Positions 1 to 11,835 of a stretch of 64,000 bases of DNA are shown piece after piece. Within the stretch, counting starts at the first letter, position 1; each line of letters starts with the position of its first letter. The notes below the pieces were generated by a model that saw nothing but the letters and a program-made list of their open reading frames with translations, was not told the DNA's origin and searched no databases. A program made the position numbers and the translations under genes. This stretch comes from Octopus vulgaris (lineage: Eukaryota), in the NCBI GenBank assembly GCA_951406725.2, contig OX597815.1, positions 174,282,001 to 174,346,000 on the forward strand, written 5' to 3'.

Positions 1-1214
1 GCTCTGGTGCATGTTGAATGTAGAGAGCAGTGTCCTAAAGACAATACAGTTTGAAGAATTCATTAAAGATTTTTAAAATTCCAACTGCAGAAAGACTTTC
101 TGTAGGTATTGAAGTCATATATAGCAGTAAATTGATAAAACTTTCTGTAATTAGTTTAGATGACAAAATTTTGCATGAACAGGTGCATTTAAACTTTCTC
201 TGCTAAATTGTCAAATTCAACTACAGGCAATATAAGGGTTTTGAGATTTAAATCTGATTTTCATTGATTTTAAGTCTTGTTTCTGAGGACCCCACTGAAC
301 TTGAAGTGCCCTGGGAAGCTTTGAGTTAAATCCAGTTCTGTCTCCAGGCACCAATAAGAAAATCACCAATAATAGAGTTGATTAAAAATAACCTCACCCA
401 TTCCTAGCTGGTGAACTTGTTATATTTCAGAAAGTATATTCCAATGTAGATTATGTAACTGAGTTTTGTTCATTTATACTCTTCTTTGTGTCTTGGACTT
501 TGCTGCTGTATATTATTATGCAAATGTATATTGTTTTGTTTTTTTTCTGTTTATTTTAAAAGACAAACAGAATATCTAATATCTTTGATACAACCCTATA
601 ATTATTTGCTGTTTGAGGGATTTTGTATGTCATTGCCTTCCTGCTTGAGGCATATTATCATTTAGAGGCAGATGATAGCAATTTTCTCCAGCCTCAGGAT
701 AGCTCCTAAAAATTTTTTTAATTAGTATTATCAACAGCAAAACTTTTCCATGACTAAAAAATTCATCTTTTTAAGTGATTCTTTCTCTGTTAGAAAGTCA
801 GTAACTAATAAAGTATTTGCCAAAAGTTAATATTTTGTCGGTATGATTTTCTAAACTATATGGCATTTACAACAGTTTCTTCCCTCTGGTATAATAAAAA
901 AGATGTATTTAAAATTTATATTTAGTGTCTAATGTCTTCCTGTATGAATAGGTGATAGTGGCACACCAACTGACTAAATTTATAAGTTAATAGTGATTTC
1001 CAATACCAAGATTGAATTCTTTAATATGAGAATGAATGGGTATAATCTTGCTTATTTAGTCTTAGCTACAGATTATAGATTAACACATATTCTTTATCAA
1101 GTAAGCTGTGCAGCTGAATCAATATTAAAAGATGCCTAAAGAAATACTCTTACTACGATGTCAAATATTGCAGATCAAGTTATATGGAAATATTTTACCA
1201 CTCAGCAACAATAA

Positions 1215-1357
1215 GAAGCATAGTGAGGGTGACAGTCAGCCCCAGGCAACACTTTTATGATGATGGCACAATGGGGTCTCCTGTATAAACTGTATGATGG
1301 GAGGAAAGGGGGCATCAAACTCAAGGGCTGCTCTGGGCAGCACTCACACTAGCTATA
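1215..1357. mobile_element. Degenerate MITE, possibly hAT-type
   Basis: GC-richer island with ends AGCATAG...CTAGCTATAG resembling the termini of the MITE at 12545-12680. Confidence 0.3.
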
Positions 1358-3374
1358 GAAAATAAATTCATCATTTTTATTTAAAATCTTTAGTATTTGA
1401 ATTATAGACAGTGAATGTTAAAACATTTTATATTATTTGAATTACAAGTTTGGATTATGAAAACTGAATTTCTTATATACAGCAACACAATTGTAGTAAC
1501 TGGTATTATTTTGTCAAATAATTGATAAAACTTAAAGTATATACAACAAGAATTTTGGCAAATAAAATCTTTGAGAAGAAAGGCATGCAGAATTGATAAA
1601 TAAAAACACTTGTAATTCTGAATAATTGATTCTTGAATTGCATAGCTTCAATCAAAAGAGATGGCATTGCAATTTCACAAAGAAAATGATTATAGAAGGA
1701 ATTAATCCATTGTTTCTTACAGGCCTTTATTTAACGTTGTTGTAACACATTGTTTTAAACTGTCTTTTTAATTCAATTAATTCTATTATTCTTCTGTTAA
1801 TTCATTAAACTAGCAAAGAATTACTGTTGACCTTAATTTAATAAATGTGAAACTACTATTGAAAATTAATTCTATAATTTCTGATTTATCTTGAAATATT
1901 TTATTTATTTATTTTCATTTTCCAGATGAGTTCCCAATTAATTGTGTCAAACTTATAGACCAAAGAGAAAGAGAAAAATGAAAAAGCAAAATGACAAAAC
2001 CTATTCAGTAATTCATGATTCCTGGCTGATCAAAAGATGCTGAAACTATTGAATTTTAATTTCAGATATCTTATTCTTAATTGAAACTAGATCCTATTGA
2101 AGCACTTAAAATAGGTTTCATTAGCAATATAATACAAAATAATTAAGAAAACCCAATAATATATTGATTGTTTAACAGTTTTGTTTTTATTTCACTAATT
2201 ATATATTCATGCTTTAAAACTGTGATCTTAAACTGCAAAACATGCAATAGGCTAATATAATAAAATCATATTCTATTAGCTGTAATTAATTTCCTACAAG
2301 ATTTAAATTATTATTGCAAGGAACATGCTGAAATACTACTGTGATTATTTTTCTAGTATTTTATTCAATAAATTTATTTTATTCCAACTTATTTTAAATT
2401 TTGGCCAGATGATTTATATCTTTTTATAATGATTGACTAATGTCTGTCAATCAATGCACACAGGCAGCTAACAGTTATTTTCTTAATTCACATTTTTATG
2501 TATTAGTAACTTGAAATCAAGATTAGTAGTTAAAAGAATAATATGGTTGCTATTTTTGTAAGAAAAATTCAAATTTATCAATATAAGAAACACATACAAA
2601 TCAATTTTAACCAATACTTTAATAAATTCTTAATCCAAAATATTTCAACATGAAAAACAGTGTAAAAGACAACAATAGAAAATCAGTTTAAATTACAACT
2701 GTTCACACAACCTATATAGACAAATAAGCAAAAACTTAAAATTAAATTTTATTTGTGATATATATATATATACATATATAAGTCCACTAGGTAAGATAAT
2801 TTCATTTAAAGCACTAAGTATGTAACTTTATATTCTTTGGCCTTTGTATAATATTCTAGTTTTACTGATTCTAATACAATTAGAATTACTAAATGAGACA
2901 TAAGTCGTTAAAAATATACAAAAAATGATTTAATGTTGAGGTATTCATGCAAGGCCTAAAGAGAAGGGTATAATGAGTACATCAGTCTGGAGCCTAGACA
3001 GCTACATAGGGGAACCTGTAACTGTCTGCCAGGCCCTTTCCTAAAACCTCACAACCCCTTAAATTTTGAGAGCATTTTTGCTCTAGTTTCAAAATTTTCT
3101 CTGTGGGGCACTGCATTCATGCAATTTTTAAGGCATTAGTGAAGTAGATTAAGCTTCTCTAACCATGAAGGAAATGAAGCCACAAGCTTTTGGAGATGGG
3201 GAAAACAATGTTCTATGTAAATTTAAATAAAGATTAATTTTTGCAAAATATTAATTGTGTCTTGGTTTTGTAGTTGGTTTGCAAAATTTTTGATGTAAAC
3301 CCATGTGTTGAACATTTTGTTGTATCTTGGGAGGGTCATTATTCATAATAAATACATGCACTCGTTCTATTTCA

Positions 3375-3808
3375 CTTCTTTTATTTTATTGTGTCTGGGG
3401 AGAGTCACTCTCTTTTAGTGCCATATTAATTTAGCACACTCACTGGTCCAATCTCCACTCATTTACCTATTTATTTTTACTAAATTTTCATTCCAACATT
3501 CCATCTTGCAACCTTTTCAATAGTTGTTGACTCTGTCTGTTATTGGAACTGTGTTCTTTTTTTTAGAAAAAAAAACAAAAAAAAGAACACAGTTCTGATA
3601 ACAGACAGAGTCAACGACTATTGAAAAAGTTGCAAGACACAACGAAAATTTTAGTAAAAATAAATAAGTAAATGAGTGGAAATCAGACTGGTGAGTGTGT
3701 TAAATTAGTAAGGCACTAAAAGAGAATGACTCTCCTCAGACACAATAAAATATGCTTCAACACACAAATTCACATAAAGAATCTTGCAAACCAAATGCTT
3801 CTTTTATT
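3375..3808. mobile_element. Penelope-like terminal-repeat insertion with fold-back and 11-bp TSD (family P1)
   Basis: Inverted arms ~3382-3563 / ~3578-3752, then a ~45-nt unpaired tail. Direct repeat CTTCTTTTATT at 3375-3385 and 3798-3808. Same family at 40904-41192; degenerate piece at ~3275-3345. Confidence 0.7.
3617..3655 (+). ncRNA. Minimal type I hammerhead ribozyme motif, U3-A8 core variant
   Basis: ACTA-TTGAAAA-A-GTTGC aagac ACAAC-GAAA-AT-T-T-TAGT: stem I ACTA/TAGT, stem II GTTG/CAAC, palindromic AAATTT in place of stem III. Confidence 0.6.
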
Positions 3809-3830
3809 ATTATCCATCAATTAGTTAAAC

Positions 3831-4080
3831 CAGTGTTTCTCAACCATTTTTTACCTATGGACCCCTTTGATTCCTATTTTACTCTACTGGACCCTTAAAG
3901 CCATTCAGGTTTTTAAAAACTTTTTATATTTTTATAATTAAATACTATTAGAAATTGTTTTAAAAAAATTGTTAAAATGTTTTGTGCGTTGTTGAGGTAT
4001 AACTAATTTATTGCATATAAATTTTAACAGCAAAATCTTACATGGACCCCTAAGAGTCATATGGAGTCCCACTGAGTTAA
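3831..4080. mobile_element. hAT (Charlie-type) MITE
   Basis: Starts CAGTGTTTCTCAACC; internal repeated TGGACCCCT motifs; right end degenerate. A similar end occurs at 31080 (CAGCGTTTCTCAACC). Confidence 0.55.
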
Positions 4081-4082
4081 AC

Positions 4083-4480
4083 ATCATCATCATTGTCATC
4101 ATCATCAACATCATCATTTAACGTCCATTTTCCATGCTGGCATGGGTTAGACAGTTTGACTAGAGCAGATAAGCCGAAGAGCTGCACCAGGCTCCAGTCT
4201 GTTTTGGCTTGTTTCTAAGGCCGAGTGCCCATCTTAACACCATCCACTCCACAGAGTGTACTGTGTGTCATTTATGTGTTACCAGCACAGGTGTCTTTTA
4301 TGTGTCACCAGCACAGGTTGTCTTTTATGTGTCACCAGCACAGGTGTCTTTTATGTGTCACCAGCACAGGTGTCTTTTACATGTTGCTGGTATTGGCCAC
4401 AACCACAATTTCATTTAGCTTGATGTATGTTCTCAAATAACCAAAAGTCTTGGTTACGTAATTACCTCCATGAGACTCAC
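4083..4480 (-). mobile_element. RTE LINE 3'-end fragment (family C) with 4 x ~26-bp internal tandem repeat
   Basis: (CAT)n followed by TTAACGTCCATTTTCCATGCTGGCATGGGTT (reverse complement of the RTE tail); TTTATGTGTCACCAGCACAGGTGTC x4 at ~4270-4380. Confidence 0.75.
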
Positions 4481-5289
4481 CAACCGAAAATCATATGAAC
4501 CAATCAACTTATCAAGTGCTTGATTAGTCATTTGATTAATCAATCAGTCAGCTAGTCAAAGTCCTTTTCATCATCATCATCCATGACCTCATCAATAACA
4601 TGCCATCTCTACTCCAGCACTGCTTCAGGTCTCTCTGCTTATCTCCTAGTTTAAATGTTTGTATATTTATATGGATGTTAGTGTGAATGTACATGAGAGA
4701 GATTTACATTCTCAGATGTTTGCAGTACATGATGAAAATAAAAAAGAGTATCTTGTGGTGTAAGCTTTGAAATAGAAGATTTTCAAAATTGGAAATAATT
4801 TCATTGATTCCTTTGTGGATATATGCATGCACACACAAATGTTTACATACTGATACATAAAAACATGTCTTTGTAAAGGCTTCCCCACTGTGACCATTCC
4901 ATTTTTAGAAGTATTCCTATCATGACCATCTTATCTTTTAAAAGCATTTCCATGTTCATCCACTCATTTTTGAAAACATTCCTACTGTGGCCATCATGCA
5001 TTAAGTCATTATATCTCCCACTTGTCACACCCTACCTTCTTTTTTTTTTTAAGACTTAATGTAGTCTAGGTTTCACTGCCTGAAAAATAAAATGTGTGAT
5101 GGTCTTGGGTGGAATGCCTTTGATCACAGGTTTGCTGGATCAGAGCTGACCTGGGGTTAAACAACAATAATGACTAACAACAGATTCATATATGGATGTG
5201 AGTGTGTGTCTACTGCTTTTACCCAACATGCTAGAAAGAGCAGCTACATTCCTTGCCAAAATATCAGTTTTGTTGTTACAATCTATAGA

Positions 5290-5500
5290 AATACTGGTTT
5301 CAAATTTTGGCACAAGGCCAGCAGTTTCAGGGAGGAATAAGTCAATTACATTGACCCCAGTACTCAACTGGTACTTGTTTTATTGACCTTGAAAGGATGC
5401 AAGGCAAAGTTAACCTCAGCAGAATCTGAACTCAGAACATAAAGTCATATGAAATGCCACTAAGCATTTTGCCCAGCATGTTAACAATTTAGCCTGCTTG
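5290..5500 (-). mobile_element. tRNA-derived SINE, family B
   Basis: Reverse complement of the 13635 copy (GAAAGGATGCAAGGCAAAGT...GAACTCAGAAC). Confidence 0.75.
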
Positions 5501-6167
5501 TTGGAATAAAAGACTCATTGGAATGGTTTTAAAAAAGACTGGAAGGATATTCTTAAATAAGCTGCAGCCATGCAACTGTAGACTATATTTAATAAGTGAG
5601 ATGGTCATGTTTGGAATACTTTAAAAAGACTTGATGGTCCCATTCAGAACACCTTTAAAGCAGAGATGGGCATGGTTGAAATGCTTTTTGAAAGATGCTT
5701 GTTTCTGCATGTGTGTGTTTGTGCACATGCATGTGTATGCTAGAATCTATGAATGTGCAGAGCAATCATCCAAGTTATGTTCAGCTTTTAAAATTCTCTA
5801 TTTCAGAGCCTGAAAAACACTAGAAATAATGAAATTAGTCTTTTTTATTAAATAAATATGTGTCCACTGTCCCTTGGTAATTATATTATTAATTAGTCTC
5901 AGTTTCTGACGCCATTAATATTTTTTTTCTAAAAAAACATTTCTAAATAATAAACTAGTTCCTATAGAACCAGCTAGCAATGGTGAAAAATTATACTTCT
6001 GCTAATGATAATGCAAATATAAAAGAGCACAGTCTGTATATTTATGTAATAAAAATGTGGATCTGATTATTTCAAATGCTTTCAAAATCAACAATGTGCA
6101 TATTAGGGTTAAATATGGTGATGCGAAAAGATATTTAGGGTTAGTTGACATGATTCTCACACCAAAA

Positions 6168-6330
6168 GCAGCAAGCTGGCAAAATCACTAGCACACTGGA
6201 TGAAATGTTTAGCAGCATTTCTTTCGGCTTCATGTTCAGAGTTCAGATTCTGCCAAGGTTCCACTTTGCCTTTCATCCTTTCATCCAGTTGAGTTCAGAG
6301 TTAATGTAATCCAGACATTGTACTCAAAGT
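6168..6330 (+). mobile_element. SINE family B, degenerate
   Basis: GCTGGCAAAATCACTAGCAC...GAGTTCAGATTCTGCC...CTTTGCCTTTCATCCTTTC. Confidence 0.7.
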
Positions 6331-6609
6331 AGCAAGGGAGTCAACTATGAATGTTTCTGGATTCTTATCTCTCATCAGAAGTTTAACTGCCACCATTGCT
6401 ATCTGGTTTTATTGTAATTAGTGTATTAAATAGAAATGTTTGTAAAAAATATTGGTGTCAGAAAATGAGATTAATTGATGTTTTAATTCTAAAGGGACTG
6501 TAGACACATATTTATTTAACAAAAAGGTGAATTACATTATTTCTAGAATTTTTTCAATATCTGAAATAGAAGATACAGTTCTAAATTTAAGAGATGAGAA
6601 ATTACGTAC

Positions 6610-6838
6610 ATTATTTACATAATTTAAATTTGACGGATATTTGTCATCTTGTTTGTTGTTAACACAACATTTCAGCTGATATACCCTCCAGACTTCATCA
6701 AGTGTCTTGGGAAATTTCAAACCTCGAAATTTCCCAAAGACACCTGATGAAGGCTGGAGGGTACATCAGCTGAAAGGTTGTGTTAACAACAAACAAGATG
6801 AGGACAAATATCCGTCAAATGTAAATAATGTAAATAAT
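6610..6838. mobile_element. Penelope-like fold-back repeat (family P2)
   Basis: Inverted arms 6610-6718 / 6726-6838 with a 7-nt spacer; carries a hammerhead motif; an internally deleted single copy lies at ~19875-20010. Confidence 0.7.
6740..6783 (+). ncRNA. Minimal type I hammerhead ribozyme motif
   Basis: ACAC-CTGATGA-A-GGCTG gagggtacat CAGCT-GAAA-GG-T-T-GTGT; core nucleotides intact, stem I ACAC/GTGT. Confidence 0.7.
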
Positions 6839-7045
6839 AGCCATAGAAGAGTTAAATATTTTTATTAAAGAGGATATTAGTGGTTAACTAACATTTTTTG
6901 ACTGAGCCAATAATAGAGACAACTTGAAACACTTCTGCCTTCTTGCTTGTAGAGCAGCAAAACTATAGTTTTCCAGTTTCCTGGTATCACTCTTACAAGC
7001 ATTTCTGTATACATGCACCTGCATATATTAATTTTGTGAACTGTA

Positions 7046-7645
7046 GGCACAGGCACAGCTGTCTAGTAGGAAGCTTGCTTCTCAACCAAATAGCTTAAGG
7101 TTCAGTCCCACTACATGGCACCTTGAGTATGTGTTTTTTTTTATAGCCCCAAACTAACCAAAACCTTGTGAGTGGATCTGGTGGGTGAGAACTGAAAGAA
7201 GCCCATCATGTGTGTGTGTGTGTGTGTATTAGTGTTTGTCCACTTGACAATTGGTGTTGATTCCTTTATGTCACCATAATTTAGTGTTCAGCAAAAGGAG
7301 ACTTTTGTATGGAAACCTAGGCTAGAGAATGAAAAATCTAATTTACATTTCTTGATTTACCATAAAAGGATATATATAAAACTTGCACCCCATATGTAAT
7401 GTAAATACAGTATATAATTGGTGTTTAAAGTAAATTTGGAATACATCTTCTATCTTTTACTTGAGTCAGTCATTGGACTGTGACCATACTAGAGGATCAC
7501 CCCGAAGAATTTAACCAAACAAATATAGAATAAGTAAAAAAAATTTTTTTAAATGGAAATGTGCTGAGATTAAATTGTTTGGTTAAACTCTTCGGGGTGA
7601 CCCTCTAGCATGATCACAGTCCAATGACTGACACAAGTAAAAGAT
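7046..7645 (+). mobile_element. SINE family A, degenerate, split by an inverted templated insertion
   Basis: Head with GGTTCAGTCCCACT, (TG)n middle, breaks after GCAAAAGGAGAC (~7302), resumes ATAGAATAAGTA at 7525, ends CAATGACTGACACAAGTAAAAG. Confidence 0.7.
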
Positions 7646-7792
7646 GGAAGATATATTCCAAATTTAGTTTAAACACCAATTATATACTGTATTTACATTA
7701 CATATGGGGTGCAAGTTTTATATATATCCTTTTATGGTAATTGAAGAAACCTAAATTAGATTTTTACATTCTCTAGCCTAGGTTTCTGTACA
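7306..7792. repeat. Local inverted duplication, ~218-bp arms, ~50-bp spacer
   Basis: 7306-7524 is the reverse complement of 7574-7792 with scattered mismatches. Confidence 0.95.
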
Positions 7793-8126
7793 TACAGCAG
7801 AAGTAACTTATAAACAGACTTTATAGCTCAAAACACTTAACATCTGAGTCATATTATCTAATCTTTCACTCTTTCTTTCTTTTTATTCTGCATCTATTAT
7901 TGCTTGTTTTATTTACTCTCCTAAACACATCAAACAGGCATTAGTTGCACAGTTCAAGTGTAGAGAAGTAATAGGAACTATTTCAATTGAATGAAATGTA
8001 AACAAACTCTGACTGTCCCAACATCTAAAACAGAGAAGAATGGGAAGAAAGTCCTCTATAACACTATGTGTTATGTGAGAATATATGTGTGTGTGTGTAG
8101 TTACAATTTCTATGTATGTGTGTATA

Positions 8127-8990
8127 TACAAAGTGCGATGAGTAAATTGTTGCCATTTTATATTTTGCATTTCACACACGCACATTGCTTGTTTTTAATT
8201 TTGTTAACTACACACTATAGTAGGGTCAGTTGGGCACCATCTGTGTGAAAAACAGCACCATGATGCAATTCACTCTGCCAAAAATTTGGAAACAACATAC
8301 TGTACTGCTTGGCATTTGTGCTGAAAGCTCCGGTAGAAACAGATGGTGAATACACAGAAGAACCGTTGGCTTACTGTGTCCCCAAAACCTGTGCCGAGGG
8401 TGATAAAAATCAAATGTTCAATCAACATCATGGTGTTTGGAGTGATCACTAGTGATGGTGACATTATGCCTCCATTCTTCTTCCCACACGGCTTCAGACT
8501 CAACACAGAGGCTTACATCAAGTGTCTGGAGGAAGTAGTGCTGGAAGACCCTATGTCTGGCAACAGGACTCTGTACCATGCCACACAAGCAAGAGAACCC
8601 AGTCATGGCTATCAGACATTTTCTGTGACCTCATCACCCCTAACATCTGGCCACCTAACTCCTCAGACTGCAACACCCTTGGTTATTATGTGTGGGGCAC
8701 AGTTGAATGAGAGACCAATAAAACTCCTTGTAACAACAAAGATGAATGGAAGGCAATGATTATGGCAGCATTCACCAACTTAAACAAGAGGACCATCCAG
8801 AAGAATTGCAGGAAATTCCGAAGTTGTTTGCCAGTCATGGTTGAAGCCAATGGCAATTTTATTGAATAAATTTACTAAAGTATTTCAAGTTATTTTTATG
8901 TAATTTTGGTAAATATATCTGTTAAAATGAGATGTCAGTGTTATTTTCATTTTTGCATAATTTAGACAACAATATATTCCCCACACCCTA
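8127..8990 (+). mobile_element. Tc1/mariner-superfamily remnant, maT-like (DD37D), internally deleted
   Basis: Degenerate TIRs at both ends. Frameshifted transposase pieces MVFGVITSDGDIMPPFFF and YVWQQDSVPCH...WPPNSSDCNTLGYYVW; 37 residues between the second D and the mutated third D position. Confidence 0.8.
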
Positions 8991-8991
8991 A

Positions 8992-9157
8992 AGAGTACCC
9001 ACTACACTCTTGGAGTGGTTGACGTTAGGAAGGACATCCAGCTGTAGAAACATTGCCTGATCAGATTGGAGCCTAATGCAGCCACTGGCTCTCCAGACAT
9101 CAGTCAAACCATCCAACCCATGCCAGAATGGAAAACAGACGTTAAACGACGACGACG
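8992..9157 (+). mobile_element. RTE 3' tail fragment (family C)
   Basis: CCCACTACACTCTTGGAGTGGTTG...CCAACCCATGCCAGAATGGAAAACAGACGTTAAA(CGA)n. Confidence 0.8.
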
Positions 9158-9163
9158 TATATG

Positions 9164-9200
<37 letters not shown>

Positions 9201-10432
9201 GCAAAACCTTTTGTAACTCTATATCCAAGATAAAATTGTTGTATATATATAGTGAGAGAAAGAGGCAATTATGTGAATAAACAAATTAGATACATCAGCT
9301 ATATTAGATATATTAAATAGTTTGTGTATGAAATACGAAATATGTATAAATGTATATATGCAAAACAAGAGAAAGCAAAAGGTGGAGACTTTCAGATGAT
9401 GAATTTTTAAGTATAGATATTTATATTAATAGGTCCAACTTACACAGAGTACAAATGACAGAAAAATAAAGGGGTAGAAGAAAGGTGCTATAAGTCCAAT
9501 AGCTGTTTCTGGAGGCTCAGCAATCCATAATAGTGTTGATAGATTTAGTTCATCATCTTTGAACTTCTCTGCACTAAGATCTTCTCAACCATGATGACAA
9601 AGGCTCATCTTATCCAACATTAATTGCATCCATATGGTTGCATTGTCATGATTCCTCTACCACATATTGTCTTTGTTTGTCAGCCACCATGCAGTGTGTA
9701 CTAGGTGCATTATGCATGTAAATACACACAAATACATAGATATATGTCACACATACACATACACACATTCTTTCCCTAGTCACTTGTAATTGGCAATTGT
9801 TATTCACTCTTACCATTATCCACTTCTATTACTGATCCATCATTCTTCTCCCCAACTACTTCCCTCTCTCTCAAATCACTCTGTTTCTCTCATCATACTC
9901 TAAGAACTTTCAACTCCTCAAAATCTTGATTGTCTTTCAGCTATCACTTCCTGAAACATTTAAGTGAGGTGACCTGTTTAATTCATACTAGCATGGAAAT
10001 GAATATTAAATACCAACGATGACAACAATAGTAGTAATGATGCCGTATGTGCATGCATATGAATGAAATATAAACACTTCAGTGTTTATGTTTAAAAAAA
10101 TGCGAGTTCTTGACATTGAAAGAAGAGTGTCAAAAATATTTATTAAGCCTGAAACTTGACTCTGAGTTTCACATTTCTGATTCTCAAAGAAATTTGAGAA
10201 ATGCTACTGCTGAAAATGGCTAATAAGAATATTAAGATAAACAAAAACAAAAAGCAATTTTATTTGATTGGATGCATGTTAAAGACCAAGTCAAATAAAT
10301 AAATGACAAAAAAATATATAAACAGGAAAATGATTAATACCATAATTCAATCATATTTATTGAAGCTGTTCAGAAAACATCTTTCATGATCTTGTATCAC
10401 AAAGACAATTTTTTTTTAAAAACAGAGAAATG

Positions 10433-10469
<37 letters not shown>

Positions 10470-10544
10470 GAAAGAAAAGAACATCACTACCTTAAAAAAA
10501 ATAATAAATAGTGTATCACCTCCCTCTCTCTCTCTTTGCAGTTG

Positions 10545-11060
10545 CTTTGCTTTACAAGAAAGAGAGAATCAGCAAAGTACTTCTGCCTGACACAAAACCA
10601 AACTGTATCTCATTTTGATTAACTTTCTTCCTAATTAGTTGTACTATAACTCTTTCTGTAACTTTCATGACCTGGTCCAGCATTTTGATGCATCTGTAAT
10701 TACTTCTCTCCAAAGTATTTATTTCCTTTGTCCTTGTAACAGTTGATTGTAATGCTGCTACACCAATCTTTTGGCATGATTCCTTCTTGTACAACCTAAT
10801 TACTTATATGAGTGACTAGGCTGTATCCCACTCCAATACGTATTTTAAGCATCTCAGCAGTAATTTCTAGTGGACCAGAGTTTTTCACTTACTTCATATC
10901 CTTAATTGCTTTACCTGTCATACAGCTGTCAACTAGAATAGCTGGTTCCACTGTTGAATTTGCATTAGGAAGACTTTCGTTCTCCTATGCATTCTCCACC
11001 TTTTAAAACAGCACTTCCATACCTCTTTCTTTTCAGAATCACTAAGAGCAAGTGTAACTT
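10545..11060 (-). pseudogene. RTE LINE reverse transcriptase fragment
   Basis: ORF 10552-10794 reads ERSNYRCIKMLDQVMKVTERVI...QFGFVSGRST (RT motifs 1-2); upstream SGPLEITAEMLK; frameshifted. Confidence 0.85.
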
Positions 11061-11835
11061 TACGAAATACAAATTTTGCACTTAATGTTAAATGATATTT
11101 CACAAGCAGTCAAGTTTGATGGCCGTGATACATTGACAGTTTTGAGCTATTGGATCCAATCATTATATACTTGCTTACTTGAAGTTGTAAAAATATGATT
11201 TCAGAAAATTGCTGCATTTAAATGGGTACAGGTATGTTTAAGACACTTCCTTTACAACTAGATGGTTCTAGGTTAGGTCCCAAAGTGGAGCATCTTGGAT
11301 AAGTATTTTCTACCATGGCATCAGTTTCATCACTATCATGTGCGTAAAATTTGTTTGAAGGAAACTCTGCAGAAGCCTGGTGTATGTACAGGTAATAAAC
11401 TTTAATAGATTTCATTGTTTGATACTAAAGAAAAAAACTTATAGATAATTCCAGAGTCGCCAGTAGAACATCCCTTCAGTTGTGGTATTTGCCACAAAGT
11501 TAAGAGCATAATGAAGACACAGCACTGATGACCCTACAAGTCAAATAAGTAAGCTGTACTGTGATTTTTCAGTTTATTACTTGCAAAGTATCATTTTTGT
11601 GCCATTGCATGTTTTACATAAATTTTATGTAAGTCATATACAATAACATACTAGTCAATATGATCAACACTGATAATAAAAAGAAAAATTGTTGTGAAAT
11701 TAGGGGTTGGCATTCAGCCTTAGAAACCATGACAAAACAGAAATATTGAAGTGCAACATGGTTCTTCAACTCATTGGATTCTTGTCAAACTATGCAACCC
11801 ATGACAGCATAGAAAGAAGACAGAAAGTGATGATA

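Noticed and set aside
1927-1980. Terminal exon DEFPINCVKLIDQREREK*
   Set aside because: Only an acceptor-like site; too short to support.
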